The position numbers were made by a program, and so were the translations under genes. From the NCBI RefSeq assembly GCF_009914755.1, contig NC_060938.1: a stretch of DNA of 64,000 nucleotides. One strand, 5' to 3'. Positions 14,451 through 25,987 of this stretch are shown in pieces; the first letter of the stretch is position 1, and every line of letters begins with the position of its first letter. The stretch is from the human T2T-CHM13v2.0 reference genome, Homo sapiens. The notes below the pieces were generated by a model, which saw nothing but the letters and a program-made list of their open reading frames with translations, did no database searches and had not been told where the DNA came from.

Positions 14451-15070
14451 TTTTTTCTTTTTTCTTTTATTATTATTATACTTTAAGTTTTAGGGTACAT
14501 GTGTACAATGTGCAGGTTAGTTACATATGTATACATGTGCCATGCTGGTGTGCTGCACCCATTAACTCGTCATTTAGCATTAGGTATATCTCCTAAAGCT
14601 ATCCCTACCCCCTCCCCCAACCCCACAACAGTCCCCAGAATGTGATGTTCCCCTTCCTGTGTCCATGTGTTCTCATTGTTCAATTCCCACCTATGAGTGA
14701 GAATATGCGGTGTTTGGTTTTTTGTTCTTGCGATAGTTTACTGAGAATGATGGTTTCCAATTTCATCCATGTCCCTACAAAGGACATGAACTCATCATTT
14801 TTTATGGCTGCATAGTATTCCATGGTGTACATGTGCCACATTTTCTTAATCCAGTCTATCATTGTTGGACATTTGGGTTGATTCCAAGTCTTTGCTATTG
14901 TGAATAGTGCCGCAATAAACATACGTGTGCATGTGTCTTTATAGCAGCATGATTTATAGTCCTTTGGGTATATACCCAGTAATGGGATGGCTGGGTCAAA
15001 TGGTATTTCTAGTTCTAGATCCCTGAGGAATCACCACACTGACTTCCACAATGGTTGAACTAGTTTACAG
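14451..15070 (-). mobile_element. Young 5'-truncated L1PA (PA2/PA3-like) 3' end
   Basis: Near-consensus L1 3'UTR plus ORF2 C-terminus (ORF 14680..14922, MFIAALFTIAKTWNQPKCP...); TSD cagtgctttt at 14441-14450 and 15074-15083. Confidence 0.93.
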
Positions 15071-15305
15071 GGGCAGTGCTTTTAATAGTAAACAGATATT
15101 AGACTGTCTAAACATCTAACAGTAGAACATTGAGCAAATTACGAGACATGTCCATAAGCTGTGGCACATCTGCATAATGGAACACTATATAGCCCTAAAA
15201 ACTATGTCATAAAATCTATTTATTGACACAGAAAGATGTTCCTGATGTATCACTGAGTGGGGCAGCGGGGCTTTAAAATGGTACGTATCATTTCTTAGTC
15301 GTCTT

Positions 15306-15345
15306 CTGTGTGCGTGTGTGTGTGTGTGTGTGTGTATGTGTGTAT
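15306..15345. repeat. (TG)n microsatellite
   Basis: tgtgtgcgtgtgtgtgtgtgtgtgtgtgtatgtgtg. Confidence 0.9.
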
Positions 15346-15449
15346 AGACAGAGACAGAATTAATCCTAGAATGGAATACAGCAAAACAAATACAGCAAAA
15401 AATTATCTCCAAGGAGTGAGATTATGGGTCATTTTTGTTTTTTCCTCTA

Positions 15450-15531
15450 TTTTTTTTTTTTGAGACTGCGTTTTGCTCTGTCATCCAGGCTGGAGTGCAA
15501 TGGCGCAAGCTCAGCTCACTGCAACCTCTGC
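15450..15531 (-). mobile_element. Alu 3' fragment
   Basis: Poly(T) followed by gagactgcg...caggctggagtgcaatggcgc...cactgcaacctctgc. Confidence 0.85.
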
Positions 15532-17299
15532 TTTGCGTATCTGTAATTCCTGATTATTCTGCAATGAACAAATACTATTTCCATAGAAAAAGTTATTTTA
15601 AAAAAATAATGAAAAGCACCTCTACAATGGTTAATATCTACCCTATTATGGGTCATCTACACAGAAATAGGAATTGTCATGAAGTGTGCATCAAGAAACA
15701 GTTAGTGGAGAGCAAGGTTGTGACTGAATAGAAAATAACTCCAGAGGGTGTGGGTCACAGCCCAGAGAAGGCAGGTGTAGGTTAGAAGGTCAAATGCCAA
15801 GATGCGAGCCCTGGAGGAGAGGAGGCAGAGACAGGAGGGTCTAGGGACAGCAAAGAGAAACTTCACCCTCTCCCCAGCCCTGCCTCTGGCCAGTCCTGCC
15901 GGAACACCTGCAACCTGTGTCCATGACACAATGGCATTTAAATATTTAAACAGACCCAGCTTTGCTGGAACGGCGCACTCAGTCTCCAGGGATCAATCCC
16001 ATGCCACAAGCCCCGCTCCACAAATCAAGTTTCTGGGGGCACCGAGCCTTTCCTCCCCTCCCCGATCCTACCCCCATCCAAGGACCTGCAAGACAACTGA
16101 GTGATGAGCCCAGCTTCCCTTCCGCGACAAAGGCAGTGAGCCTGAAGGCCGCGTTATTGGCTTTTCCACTGCAGCTTGAAGCGAAAAGCACGTGAGCCTT
16201 AAAGAATATGCGCCTTAATGCCCTCAAAAAAATTTTTTTCTTAGCAAAACTGCAAGAGTCATCTAACTCTCCCTGCTGCACTCAGGTAGGGGTAAAACCA
16301 GGGTAGTTTGAAAGAGGTTGAGGTCAAGCAGATTTTCTGGGACTGCCTTGGGCTCAAGCTTTTGTCTGTCCAGTCAGCAGATCCACCCATCCCATCGCAC
16401 CTCTTGGCCTGTGGCACAGTTTCCCGTGGTATTCCCCAATCCACTGCTCCCTTCATGTCCTCCAGACATCTTGCCTCCCTAGTAAAGAGCATCATTGTTA
16501 AGCTGCTGCCTGGGAAGAAAGGCGCCACTGTGTGGGGAAGGAGTGCTGATCAGGGCAGTCCGGAGGCCCAAAGGAGGAGCCATCCCCTCACGGACAAAGG
16601 AGGAAACCAGTGCCATAGCAACTGAGGTGTAGAACCAGGACTAAACGTCCAGCCTGCTCCTCCCATCAGCCTGATACCCTTCTCTCTGAAGTACACCACT
16701 GCCAAGAAACAAGAGACTTTAGAACGGGAAGAGACCCTAGACCCTATTCTGATACTACCCCCACTGGGTGTGGCAACACACTCCCCGACTGGGTTTCTAG
16801 AAGGGAGGCAACAGGGTGAAGCGGCCACACAGCTGAAGACGCACATCTGTAGGGTGGAGGTGGTAGAGAACAGAGACTTTGCTGAGACAGAGGTGGCCTT
16901 GAGAGGGCCCGCTCCTGGTGTGTGACACCTGACGTGACTCAGGAGTGAGTCATGCTTCTAGGAGGGCTTTAGCCATGTCTATTTGCCTTTTGTCACTAAT
17001 CTAGCCTAATGCCGTAGTTGGGGGGCAGTGATTTTAATAGATTTAAATTTAAAAGACTGGAAATCATATAATTCCTTCCATCCTACTTCAATTGTAACTA
17101 CTACCTGACTCCAGCCTGCCCGCCTGATGCCTAGAAATTGCCCATCGACAGCGGCCAGGGCTTCACCTCATAAGTAAGTTGTGCGTTCTCATTAATTAAC
17201 TTTGAAAATGCTTTTTCCGCAGCCTTCAAGAGAATGAAACTCCAGGGTAGGAGAGCATATGTAAGGGGCAGTTAGTATGGAAGATGTCCTAGGGTATGG

Positions 17300-17520
17300 C
17301 GGTTCTAGAGTTGAGGACGCTGGGATCATATCCCACTGTTCGCATCCTAGATCCCAGCTGTGTGACCATGGACAAGGCCCTACACCTCTCTGAGCCTCAG
17401 TTTCTTCACGGTAAAGTGAGGTCAACTGTCCCTGCCTCTCCAGGTTGGTGTGGGGGTTTACAGAAATAATCCATGTGAAACACTTAGCCTAGCGCTCTAC
17501 ACACCCTAAGCACCTACTCA
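17300..17520 (+). mobile_element. MIR SINE
   Basis: agctgtgtgaccatggacaag...cctctctgagcctcagtttcttc...gtgaaacacttagc. Confidence 0.7.
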
Positions 17521-20175
17521 CAGGAATTAAGACCATGATTCAGAAAACACTTCGAGGAAAAAAGAAAACTTCCTACACTGCTTCCCTTGTGTCTAGCAAA
17601 AGGGCATATGCCTGCTTTGCTCCTCCCTGCATGGCTAATGCTTAGAGACAAAATGTTCTCCCTGAATATCACAACGTCATCACCAACTTCTTTGCTATGA
17701 TGTTTCTTGAACAAAGAAAATGGAAAAGTGGGTCTCTCATCAGGAGTCTGCTCCAATGACGCTAACAGAAAAATTCGGGCTTGGGAGCAATTAGGAAGAG
17801 AAGAGGCAAACTCTTGAAATGACTTTTAAAACTTTCTAGCAGCCCAAACCCAAGGATTCCTTCCACCTGCCTGTCCCCAGTTATCATCCTGCCTACAAAA
17901 TGGGGCTAAGGATACTGCTAGGATTTAAAGCGATTAAGTGAATTAAAAATCAAGCGCTGGATAGCTGAGTTGTATATCAATGTGAAATAAATGGAAAGAA
18001 TAGATTCTAAGGAGACCAACTAAAACACTGATGCAAGCCAGTGGCAACCTGCCTGGAGAATTCCTGGAGACTCCAGAATGTCCAGATGCAAAAAGCAGAA
18101 AATAATAAGAGCTGAGCAGTCAGGAGCCAGAAGCCTTCATGTTTAAATGAAGTAGACTTGTCACTGTCAAAAGCCAGTATACACAAGAATCCCCTGAAGA
18201 GCGCTCAGAAAATGCAGGCCCCTTGGCCTTCCCTCCAGTGATTCTGATACCGGAGGTCTGATGTGGAGCCCAGGAGTCTGAATTCTAAGAAGCGTCTAGG
18301 CATTGCTGTGCAGCTGGTCCGGGCCTACACTTTCACAAACACCAACAGACTTTTCCACAATGTCCTATTCAGTTGCTTTTTTTGTGCATAAGAAACACTT
18401 TTCCTTAAGCAAGAGATTAAAAGGGAAGAAACAGAACTTTAACCCTTAAGCTTGGTAAACTTTCAAGGTAATTAAAAGAGACTGGTTACTTGCTGGAAAA
18501 CAAAGTATTCATACATCCATACACCATGGATTGGGTAAAACATAAATCATGTTCAGGTGATTTAACATTTCTCTGAGACGGAAGAAATTCAATGACTGAG
18601 TAAAAGGCATCAAGCAAACTCTCTATCACCTGCAGTTAGCAGCTACAATAGTATTCAAGCCACCCATTTTGCAAAGGAAGCTTGGAGCAAGAACACATAG
18701 GACCACTATATTCAGGAATGCATTCCAGGAAGGGTTAAATAAATCACATCAGAATATAGCTTATTACCACTACACATAAACCCAGAAAGGGGTTGGGGTC
18801 CAAGGTGATCTAATATTTTCATAAATAACTTGAAAGATGGAGTGGGAATTATGCAAATCACACCATAGATGATACAAAAATGGCAGGGACGGCAAATCTG
18901 TGGAGAATGAAATTTAACTACTGGGCAATGTCTTTAAATTTGCCTTTATTGAATCTTGTATATTGAAGTCACATATTATTGGATCTGTTTATTGAGACTC
19001 AATGGGACCAAATGCAGACTGATTTATGGAAGAAGGAATAATCAAACGCATAAGTAGAAAAGAGCATGCACCTGGAGAGGCATCGACACCGAGGCTGGGA
19101 CAGGCTCCGACTAGTAAGCTGTTGAGAGGGTGGACAGGGCATAAGTAAGGAGATATGTCCGCTGCTCTTTGAGCCACCTGGACTTGATGCTACTTCTTAG
19201 GAGTGCCATGCTTAAGTGTAGACCTGGAAGGGAATTCCAAGCAGGGTGCCATAGAGACTATGGGGTGGGGCCCTAAGTCAACCAAGAATATATGGGATGT
19301 TCAGAAGGTCTCCCAGACGGACAAAGCCCTAATGTGCCTATTCGTAGGGGAAAGATGCGCAAACGACAAGGGGACCTGTAGGAGAGAAAATCTTCAGCTC
19401 CTATTAAGGAAAAACACTCATTCGAAGCACAGCTGGCATCATGGAAGAAAGGGCAGCTTATGGTAACACCATCCCTAGGGACGCTCGAGGAGGTGGCCAG
19501 ACACCTCTCTACTTAGGATGCATTAGAGATTATTAAAAGCACTCCTTGCCCAGTTTGGGGGTGGTGGGGGTGGGCCTTGTGACCTCTCCAAAGGTCATTT
19601 CTATCCCAAAGGATCACATGTCTGAAGGGCACCAGATAAAAATAAAGTCTATTAATCACCGAGCTGCCACACAATTTCCAAAGAGAGCCAGAACAGAGAA
19701 GGGCAATCGACGGTGGCCCCTGCTCCACCGAGAGAGGGAGAGGAGGCAGCACGCATGCGGACAGAGCCAAGAAAGCAGCCGCTGAGACTTCCAGAAAGCC
19801 TGCCGTCAGGCCTCCCAGGCACTACAGGGCACACAGAAGGTGGGAGAGAGCCTGCGGGGAGGGCATCGAGAGAAGCAAACGTCACTGAGAGTCCCGAAAC
19901 AAAGCCATGGGGACTCAGGAGACAGTGTGTGATGCAAGCACTTTGCAGAAAGAGGGGTGCCCAGTAAGAGAGGGATGCCCACAAACAGCACTTCATGGAG
20001 ATGATCCACAAGGAGGCAGAAGTCAGAGGCAAAGGTGGGAGGAGAGGAACTGGGAGGGGATGAAGTCAGAGAAAAGGGCACACAGGTGTGTGTGTCTGGG
20101 AGTCCATGGGATTATGATGGGCTGGGAATCCAATGAAAGCTGCAGAGATAGAGCAAAAAGGGATCCCACGGTCTA

Positions 20176-20540
<365 letters not shown>

Positions 20541-21552
20541 CGAAGAATATAGTAGCAATGCCCCAGTTCCAAAGCAGTTGTTGGCATTCTTGATAGATGT
20601 GCTGGTCAAGCCAAACACAGCTAGAAAGCCCAAGACGGTCTGAGGGCCCTTCCCAGCCCATGGCTTACAGCCAGTCTCTCAAGGGTCAGCATGCTGGGGC
20701 TTCTATGTATCAGAGTGAAACTGAACGCCATGTAGGAAGCAAGACCCAGGCCAAGGCAGGCACCTCCTGGTGCTGCCAAAAGGCATCAGACCCCATGCCC
20801 CGCTCCTTCCTCATCCTGGACTAGAACTGCTTTGGGGTGGAGACGTTACCTGCAGGAGTCATCTCAGGAATGGCATCTGCATGGAGTATTAAGCAGCCAA
20901 ATGGGAGTCATGGAGTTTGAGTTCTTCTAGCAAAATGTTCTCCAACCAGCTGTCACCCCATTGGACACAGAACAACTTTTTGAAATCAAAAGAGGCCAGT
21001 GAAGGGGGAGACAAAAGACACCACCCCCAGGGTGCTCCCTGGGCCCCACCCCTACCCCGCCTTGCCAGCTCTCTCCCTGCCTTCAGGGAGACTGCAGACC
21101 CTGGCGAGATGGGTGGGACACCCAGAGGGAGACCCGTGCCAGGGTCCAGCCTCGACTGTTTCACTGCCATCCTCGCTGCAGCCTCTTCCCTCCTATGGCG
21201 AAGCTCTGCATCCTCAGAGAGGAGAAGACGGCAAGTGAAGATCATTAGGAGTGTGGTGGTGAGGGCTGCCCTCCCATAGAATGAGCAAATGGTACCCGGT
21301 ACAGTGAGAAGATGACTAGGGCACAGGTTTTCAATCTGCCTCCCAGTGCTCTGCTGTCTGGAGCTGACCACCTCCCTCATCAAGCTGCAGGTTTCCCGAG
21401 GTCCACCCACTGCCCTGGCTCCCTGCGACTCCCCTCCCGTGGGCTCCCTAGCTCTGTCTGCACGCCCTAAACTCAGGAGCCAGCCAGGCAGTCGCTTGTC
21501 CAAAAGATGTTTCTGAAGCAAGCAAGAAAGGCTGGAGATAGATTGAGGGCCA

Positions 21553-21600
21553 TTTATTAAAGTAAGTCATCGTCATAGAAAGATTCATAACTTGCCCTAC
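21553..21600 (-). other. DPF3: Candidate alternative terminal exon of DPF3 (x-RASYESFYDDDLL*) with AATAAA overlapping the stop codon
   Basis: About 40-nt polypyrimidine tract ttccctttaatttcctttccctcttcctctcctgtcctag|GTAGGGCAAGTTATGAATCTTTCTATGACGATGACTTACTTTAATAAA; in frame with the phase-1 donors of exon 6 and of the 42-nt exon. Confidence 0.45.
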
Positions 21601-21670
21601 CTAGGACAGGAGAGGAAGAGGGAAAGGAAATTAAAGGGAAACAAATGAAAAGCCATGGCGAGCCAAGTAC

Positions 21671-21712
21671 CTTTGTCGGAGGGTTTTGAGTTATGCTTTT
21701 GTTTGTAACTCT
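21671..21712 (-). CDS. DPF3: Probable alternative cassette exon of DPF3, 42 nt, phase 1-1 (inserts KSYKQKHNSKPSDK inside the C2H2 finger)
   Basis: ctctatttctttctgtatttcag|AGAGTTACAAACAAAAGCATAACTCAAAACCCTCCGACAAAG|gtactt. In frame, no stop; the peptide resembles the 14-aa alternative exon I recall at the same position in the paralog DPF2 (NSFKQKHTSKAPQR). Confidence 0.8.
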
Positions 21713-22059
21713 CTGAAATACAGAAAGAAATAGAGGATGAATCTTAAAGGAGACAGAGCGCGTGAGAGAGAGAGCCGGAGGAGAGCCACACAGGAGGCAT
21801 GGCAGGAGGTGGGGGTGCAGAACTGAGGGTGGGGGCCACCCCAGCTGGCTTCCCCTCTGCAGAAACCCCCTGGGGCAGCAGAGGCCCAAGGAAGTGGTGA
21901 CTGCGGTGGAGGCGGCAGGCGAGTAAGCTGGGGTGCAGACAGAGGAAGAGGAGAGCACACACTGAGGTTGGCAGGCGGATGGCCAAGGAAGCACAGGGAA
22001 GAGGGGCCCTGGGGGCAGGCGCACAGGGAGGAAGGAAGGTGGGACCGGCCCATACTTAC

Positions 22060-22138
22060 TGTCACAGACGTAAGGTTTGTCGTGGTCTTCCTGAGAGGCG
22101 GCGTCGTGCCTCCTCCTGCCCCCTGCAGAGCCGCGAGC
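22060..22138 (-). CDS. DPF3: DPF3 coding exon (exon 6; ends at first Cys of the C2H2 finger), 79 nt, phase 0-1
   Basis: tctccccag|GCTCGCGGC...GTCTGTGACA|gtaagt = ARGSAGGRRRHDAASQEDHDKPYVCD(I) (start of ORF 21557..22150). Confidence 0.97.
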
Positions 22139-24533
22139 CTGGGGAGACATTGGGGTACAGGATGCTTGTTACCATGGTCATCACTACAGCTCCGGAGCAT
22201 GCGCTCTGCGAGCTCCTTACACCGTCTTCATCCCAACTTTTGTGCCAACACCAGTCCCATCTTACAGGGGAGGAAACTGAGGCCCAGAGAGGTCAGGAGA
22301 CATGCCCCCAAATCACTCAGTTGCTCACCTGTATCACCTCATTAAATGTTCACAACGCCAAGAGGTGGTTTCTACTAGGGTCCCCATTTTACAAACCAAA
22401 GGACTGAAGCCATAGAGAGGTTAAGTAGCTTGCCCAAGGTCGTTCGGCTACTCAGGGCAGCTGTACTGAAAAGCCCTCCTCTACCAAATTCCCACACACT
22501 ACCGTGCCACTGAGGCCGCTTCCTCCTGCTCCTTAGCCTCCTAGCTTCACTGACACAGCTGAGGTTGACAACCCCAGGCCCCTCAGCAGACCAGCTGATG
22601 CACGTATCAGGAGCAAGGCCTGACGGGGGCAAGGCTAGGCTTCTGTGTCCATCCCCGCAGTGTCGCAAGAGCCAGACAGTCCTGACATCCAGGCCCAGTG
22701 CACGAGTGTAGATACAGGGGAGCTCCCGCCACCAGCCCATGCTTGGCCTACTCAGTAGGGGTGGGCTTTGGCTAAGGCCTCCCTGTGTGGTCTGCCTTGG
22801 GCCTTCAGCCAGTGACGAAGACCTTGACCCCCATGGTCTCCTGGGCTGGACTTCTGATACCACCACCCTGTGTGAATCTCCCAGGGTGGCGGTGGAATGA
22901 GCTCTACCTTCAAGAATCAAAGAGCCCAGTCAGAGAGGTTGCTGGCAGCTCTGCAGCCCCAGGGCGGTGGTGACAAGAACACAGCGAGGTTTATTTTTAA
23001 ACCTTTGTAAGTCCCACACTGGTCACGTGTATAGCACCCTCGCCTCTCCAGGTCATTCTTTGGTAATGAGTAGCAGTCAACTCCCAACCAAGGAAAGGGC
23101 CTGTCGGGGTCTTTGGGGACAGAGAGGAAGGGGCAGCAGGTGAGGAATAAGACCTGGCAGCAGCCTGGGGTGCAGGGGAAATGGGGCAGCCCCTGGGGCC
23201 TGGCTTGGAAAAGTGGCCATGGGGACTTGATGGTGGAAAGTCCTTGGATACTCTCACACACACACTCACACTCTGTGCACACACACACTCCATGTACACA
23301 CTCACCGGGGACTTCACAGTGGAAAGGCCTGTACCCTAGGCCTGCAACACACCCACTCAGAAAACACACCCACTTCCCAATCAACACCACCTGCCAAGCT
23401 ACCACCTCTGCCACCTCCTCAGCTTGTCTCTCTCCAAAACAAATTCCACTTCCTCCCTCCCTCCCACCAGTCTCCCTCCCCACCCCACCCCTGCAGCGCT
23501 GACAGCCAGCAGCCCTCCTCCCCTCGCCCTCATTACTCAGAGTTGACCCCAAGAAGGATCTGTAGGTGCTGGCAGTCACCCCGGGCACTGACAGGCCTCC
23601 TGCCTGCCCGCACTGCCGAGGGTGGTCACCCTCAGCTGCCCTCCCCCTCCACACCCCTCTGTGAAGCCAGGGACAGCTTGACATGTAGCCTGCAGCCCTG
23701 TCACAGCCGCCTCTGAGCAGGTGAAAGCAAGTCAAGCAGAATGACGAGGCAACAGCAGACTGGGGAAGGGGCTCTGGGAGACTAAAAATACCTCCATGGG
23801 GAAGGGGAGGAGTCGAGCAGAACTGGATGTACGAGGGCTTCTGGGGGAGCTGCCAGCAGGAAAGGGAGGGTGCTGTGGGAGCCAGGTTTTCATCTCCTAC
23901 AGCAGGGCTGACCAGCAGAGTGACTCTGTGCCACACTCGCTTTGCCTCAGTTTCCTCAATTGCAAAATGGGGATCGTGTCTATAGGGCACTTCAGGGGAC
24001 ATGCAAGGGACTCTTCCTGAGGCAGTAGCACTCTTAGGGTCTCTTAGAAGATCTCAGGTTTGGAAACTCAGAATCCTACTTGGCCTTCTCAAATGTCACC
24101 TCCTCAGAGAAGCTCTCCCTGACCAACTTACATCCACTCACACCCTCTCCATTGTTTTCTTTCCCCTCCCATTTCATCATGGCACTGAGCGCTGTCTGGC
24201 ATTAGATTATACCTGTGTTGGTTTACAAGTTGATTTTGTCTCCCCTACATGGAGAGACAAACATGGTGGAGACCATGTTTATTTTGGCCCCCACTAGTCT
24301 CAGAACCTGGCACAGGGCCAGCCACATAAGAAGCACTTAATAAACATTCGCCAAATGGATGAATCAATCAGGCAGGCAGCGAGTCAGTCATCTCTGGTTC
24401 TTCTCCTTCATTCTCTGTATCCAAATGTTATTGCTTCTTCCTCCAAAGGCCATCTAGGCTTTGCATTTCCTTTCCATTGCACACCCTAATCCAGGAGCTC
24501 ATCGACTGACCCCTGAGCTGTTCAAAGAACCCA

Positions 24534-24615
24534 CTAAGGGGGATCTACCTCCACATTGCCCCCCTAGTCCACCCTAACGGGGGATCTACCTCCACACTGC
24601 CCCCCTAGTCCATCC
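24534..24615. repeat. Two-copy tandem duplication, about 41-bp unit
   Basis: ctaa(c)gggggatctacctccaca(t/c)tgcccccctagtcca twice. Confidence 0.9.
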
Positions 24616-25499
24616 CAAGGGACTTTCAGACCATTAGACAAAGGGATGAAAGACAGGAGCCCATGGTCATAGGTTCATGCATTCACACGTTCATTCATTC
24701 ATTGCCATCTACAACCCACTTACACAGCCAGTGGCAACCTAGTGCTGATCCCCTCGGGTTCACCCCATGATTGTGCTCTCCTCTGCCCATGCACATCTGA
24801 TCCAGGCTTTGCCCTTGCTAACCTCCACTCCTCCAAGAATCTTCCTCTTGCCACACTAAGGAGTGAAAAGAGCATCCGCTTAAAGTCAGATAGACACAGG
24901 TTGAAACACCAGCTATGTGTCTTGGGCAAGTTACTTCTCTAACTTTTAGTTTTCTCAACTGTAAAATGAGCACACCAACACCTATATAGCAGAGCTGTTG
25001 AGAGAGTTTGAGCTGAGAGTGTGTGAAAGCACAGGGGACAGCACTAAGTCCACAGGAAGCACTCAACACATCATTTCCCCCCTCCTTGCCTAGGCTGATC
25101 TCTCTCCTCTGAACTCCTGTTGCCTTTGGTTAGTGCACAGTCAGGTGCCTGCTGTTTCTAATGGTATCAAGGGTATTAGCATCTTCTTCCCAGTTTGATT
25201 CGAAGGTCCTTGAGGGCAAAAATGGCATTCTATACTTTATTATGACCCCCTAACACTTAGCACATAGCGTGCAAAGCTCTTTTGCATATAGTAACTCAGT
25301 TAATTCCTACAATACCCCTATGAGTTAGACCAAGCAGTGTTATGATTCCTAGCTGGCCCTTGATGAAGCAGGTTCTCACCTGTCCACAGTCCCAGGGCCA
25401 GCAGAAGGAGCAGGACCTAGGTCTCCAGGCTCTGTTATAGAAAGCTTGGAAGGTGACCAGCCAAAGGAAGCCAATCCTTCTTCCCCAAGAACTGCCCAC

Positions 25500-25975
25500 C
25501 CTACTTCATTCCTCTCTACCAGTATTCCCACACTGCTGGGCCATGGCAGCCATGAGTGTACCACATGGCCCTGTCCCACTGGCCACAGTTGATTGGCTGG
25601 CTCGGGAGTAGTCACCTGATTCAAGCTGGGCCAATCAGATCCTACCTCCAAGGGGTTTGGAATTAGAAAACAGTGACCCTAGCTAGTATAGGCCACTTGA
25701 ACTGAGGGCCCATACATTCAGGAGCCTTATGGGGCCATGTACACATGGAAGCAGGAAGAATGAAGGAGGGAGAAGTAGAGGCCAGAAACCACCTGGGTTC
25801 CTTACTGTTTCCTAATGCTAAGTCCCTGCCATGTTCCTGCTCTTCCTGTGGTTTGGATCTTCAAAGGTTGCTCAAATTTGGGGCAGTGGCCTGGCAGCTT
25901 TTCAAATCCTTCCCATTTTTATTGAAGCTGAAAGACCCTTGACTAGGACAGACTCGGTCCCAAGCAGAGAGCTAG
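25500..25975 (+). mobile_element. MLT1-type (ERVL-MaLR) LTR relic
   Basis: gtcacctgattcaagctgggccaatcag...ccatgtacacatggaagcag MLT1-like text; edges approximate. Confidence 0.55.
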
Positions 25976-25987
25976 ATCTTCTATACC

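Noticed and set aside
14680-14922. 80-aa ORF MFIAALFTIAKTWNQPKCP...
   Set aside because: C-terminus of L1 ORF2 in a 5'-truncated copy.
22917-24002. Longest ORF in the track (361 aa, minus strand, intron 5)
   Set aside because: It starts in MIR-derived sequence (HFAIEETEAKRV), crosses a TG-repeat (VCVCTECECVC), is Gly/Cys/Pro-rich with no recognisable domain, and does not match DPF3. Most likely a chance ORF in GC-rich DNA.
24555-24612. CTCF-like tgcccccctagt in both tandem copies
   Set aside because: Six C's rather than five break the spacing of the CTCF core.
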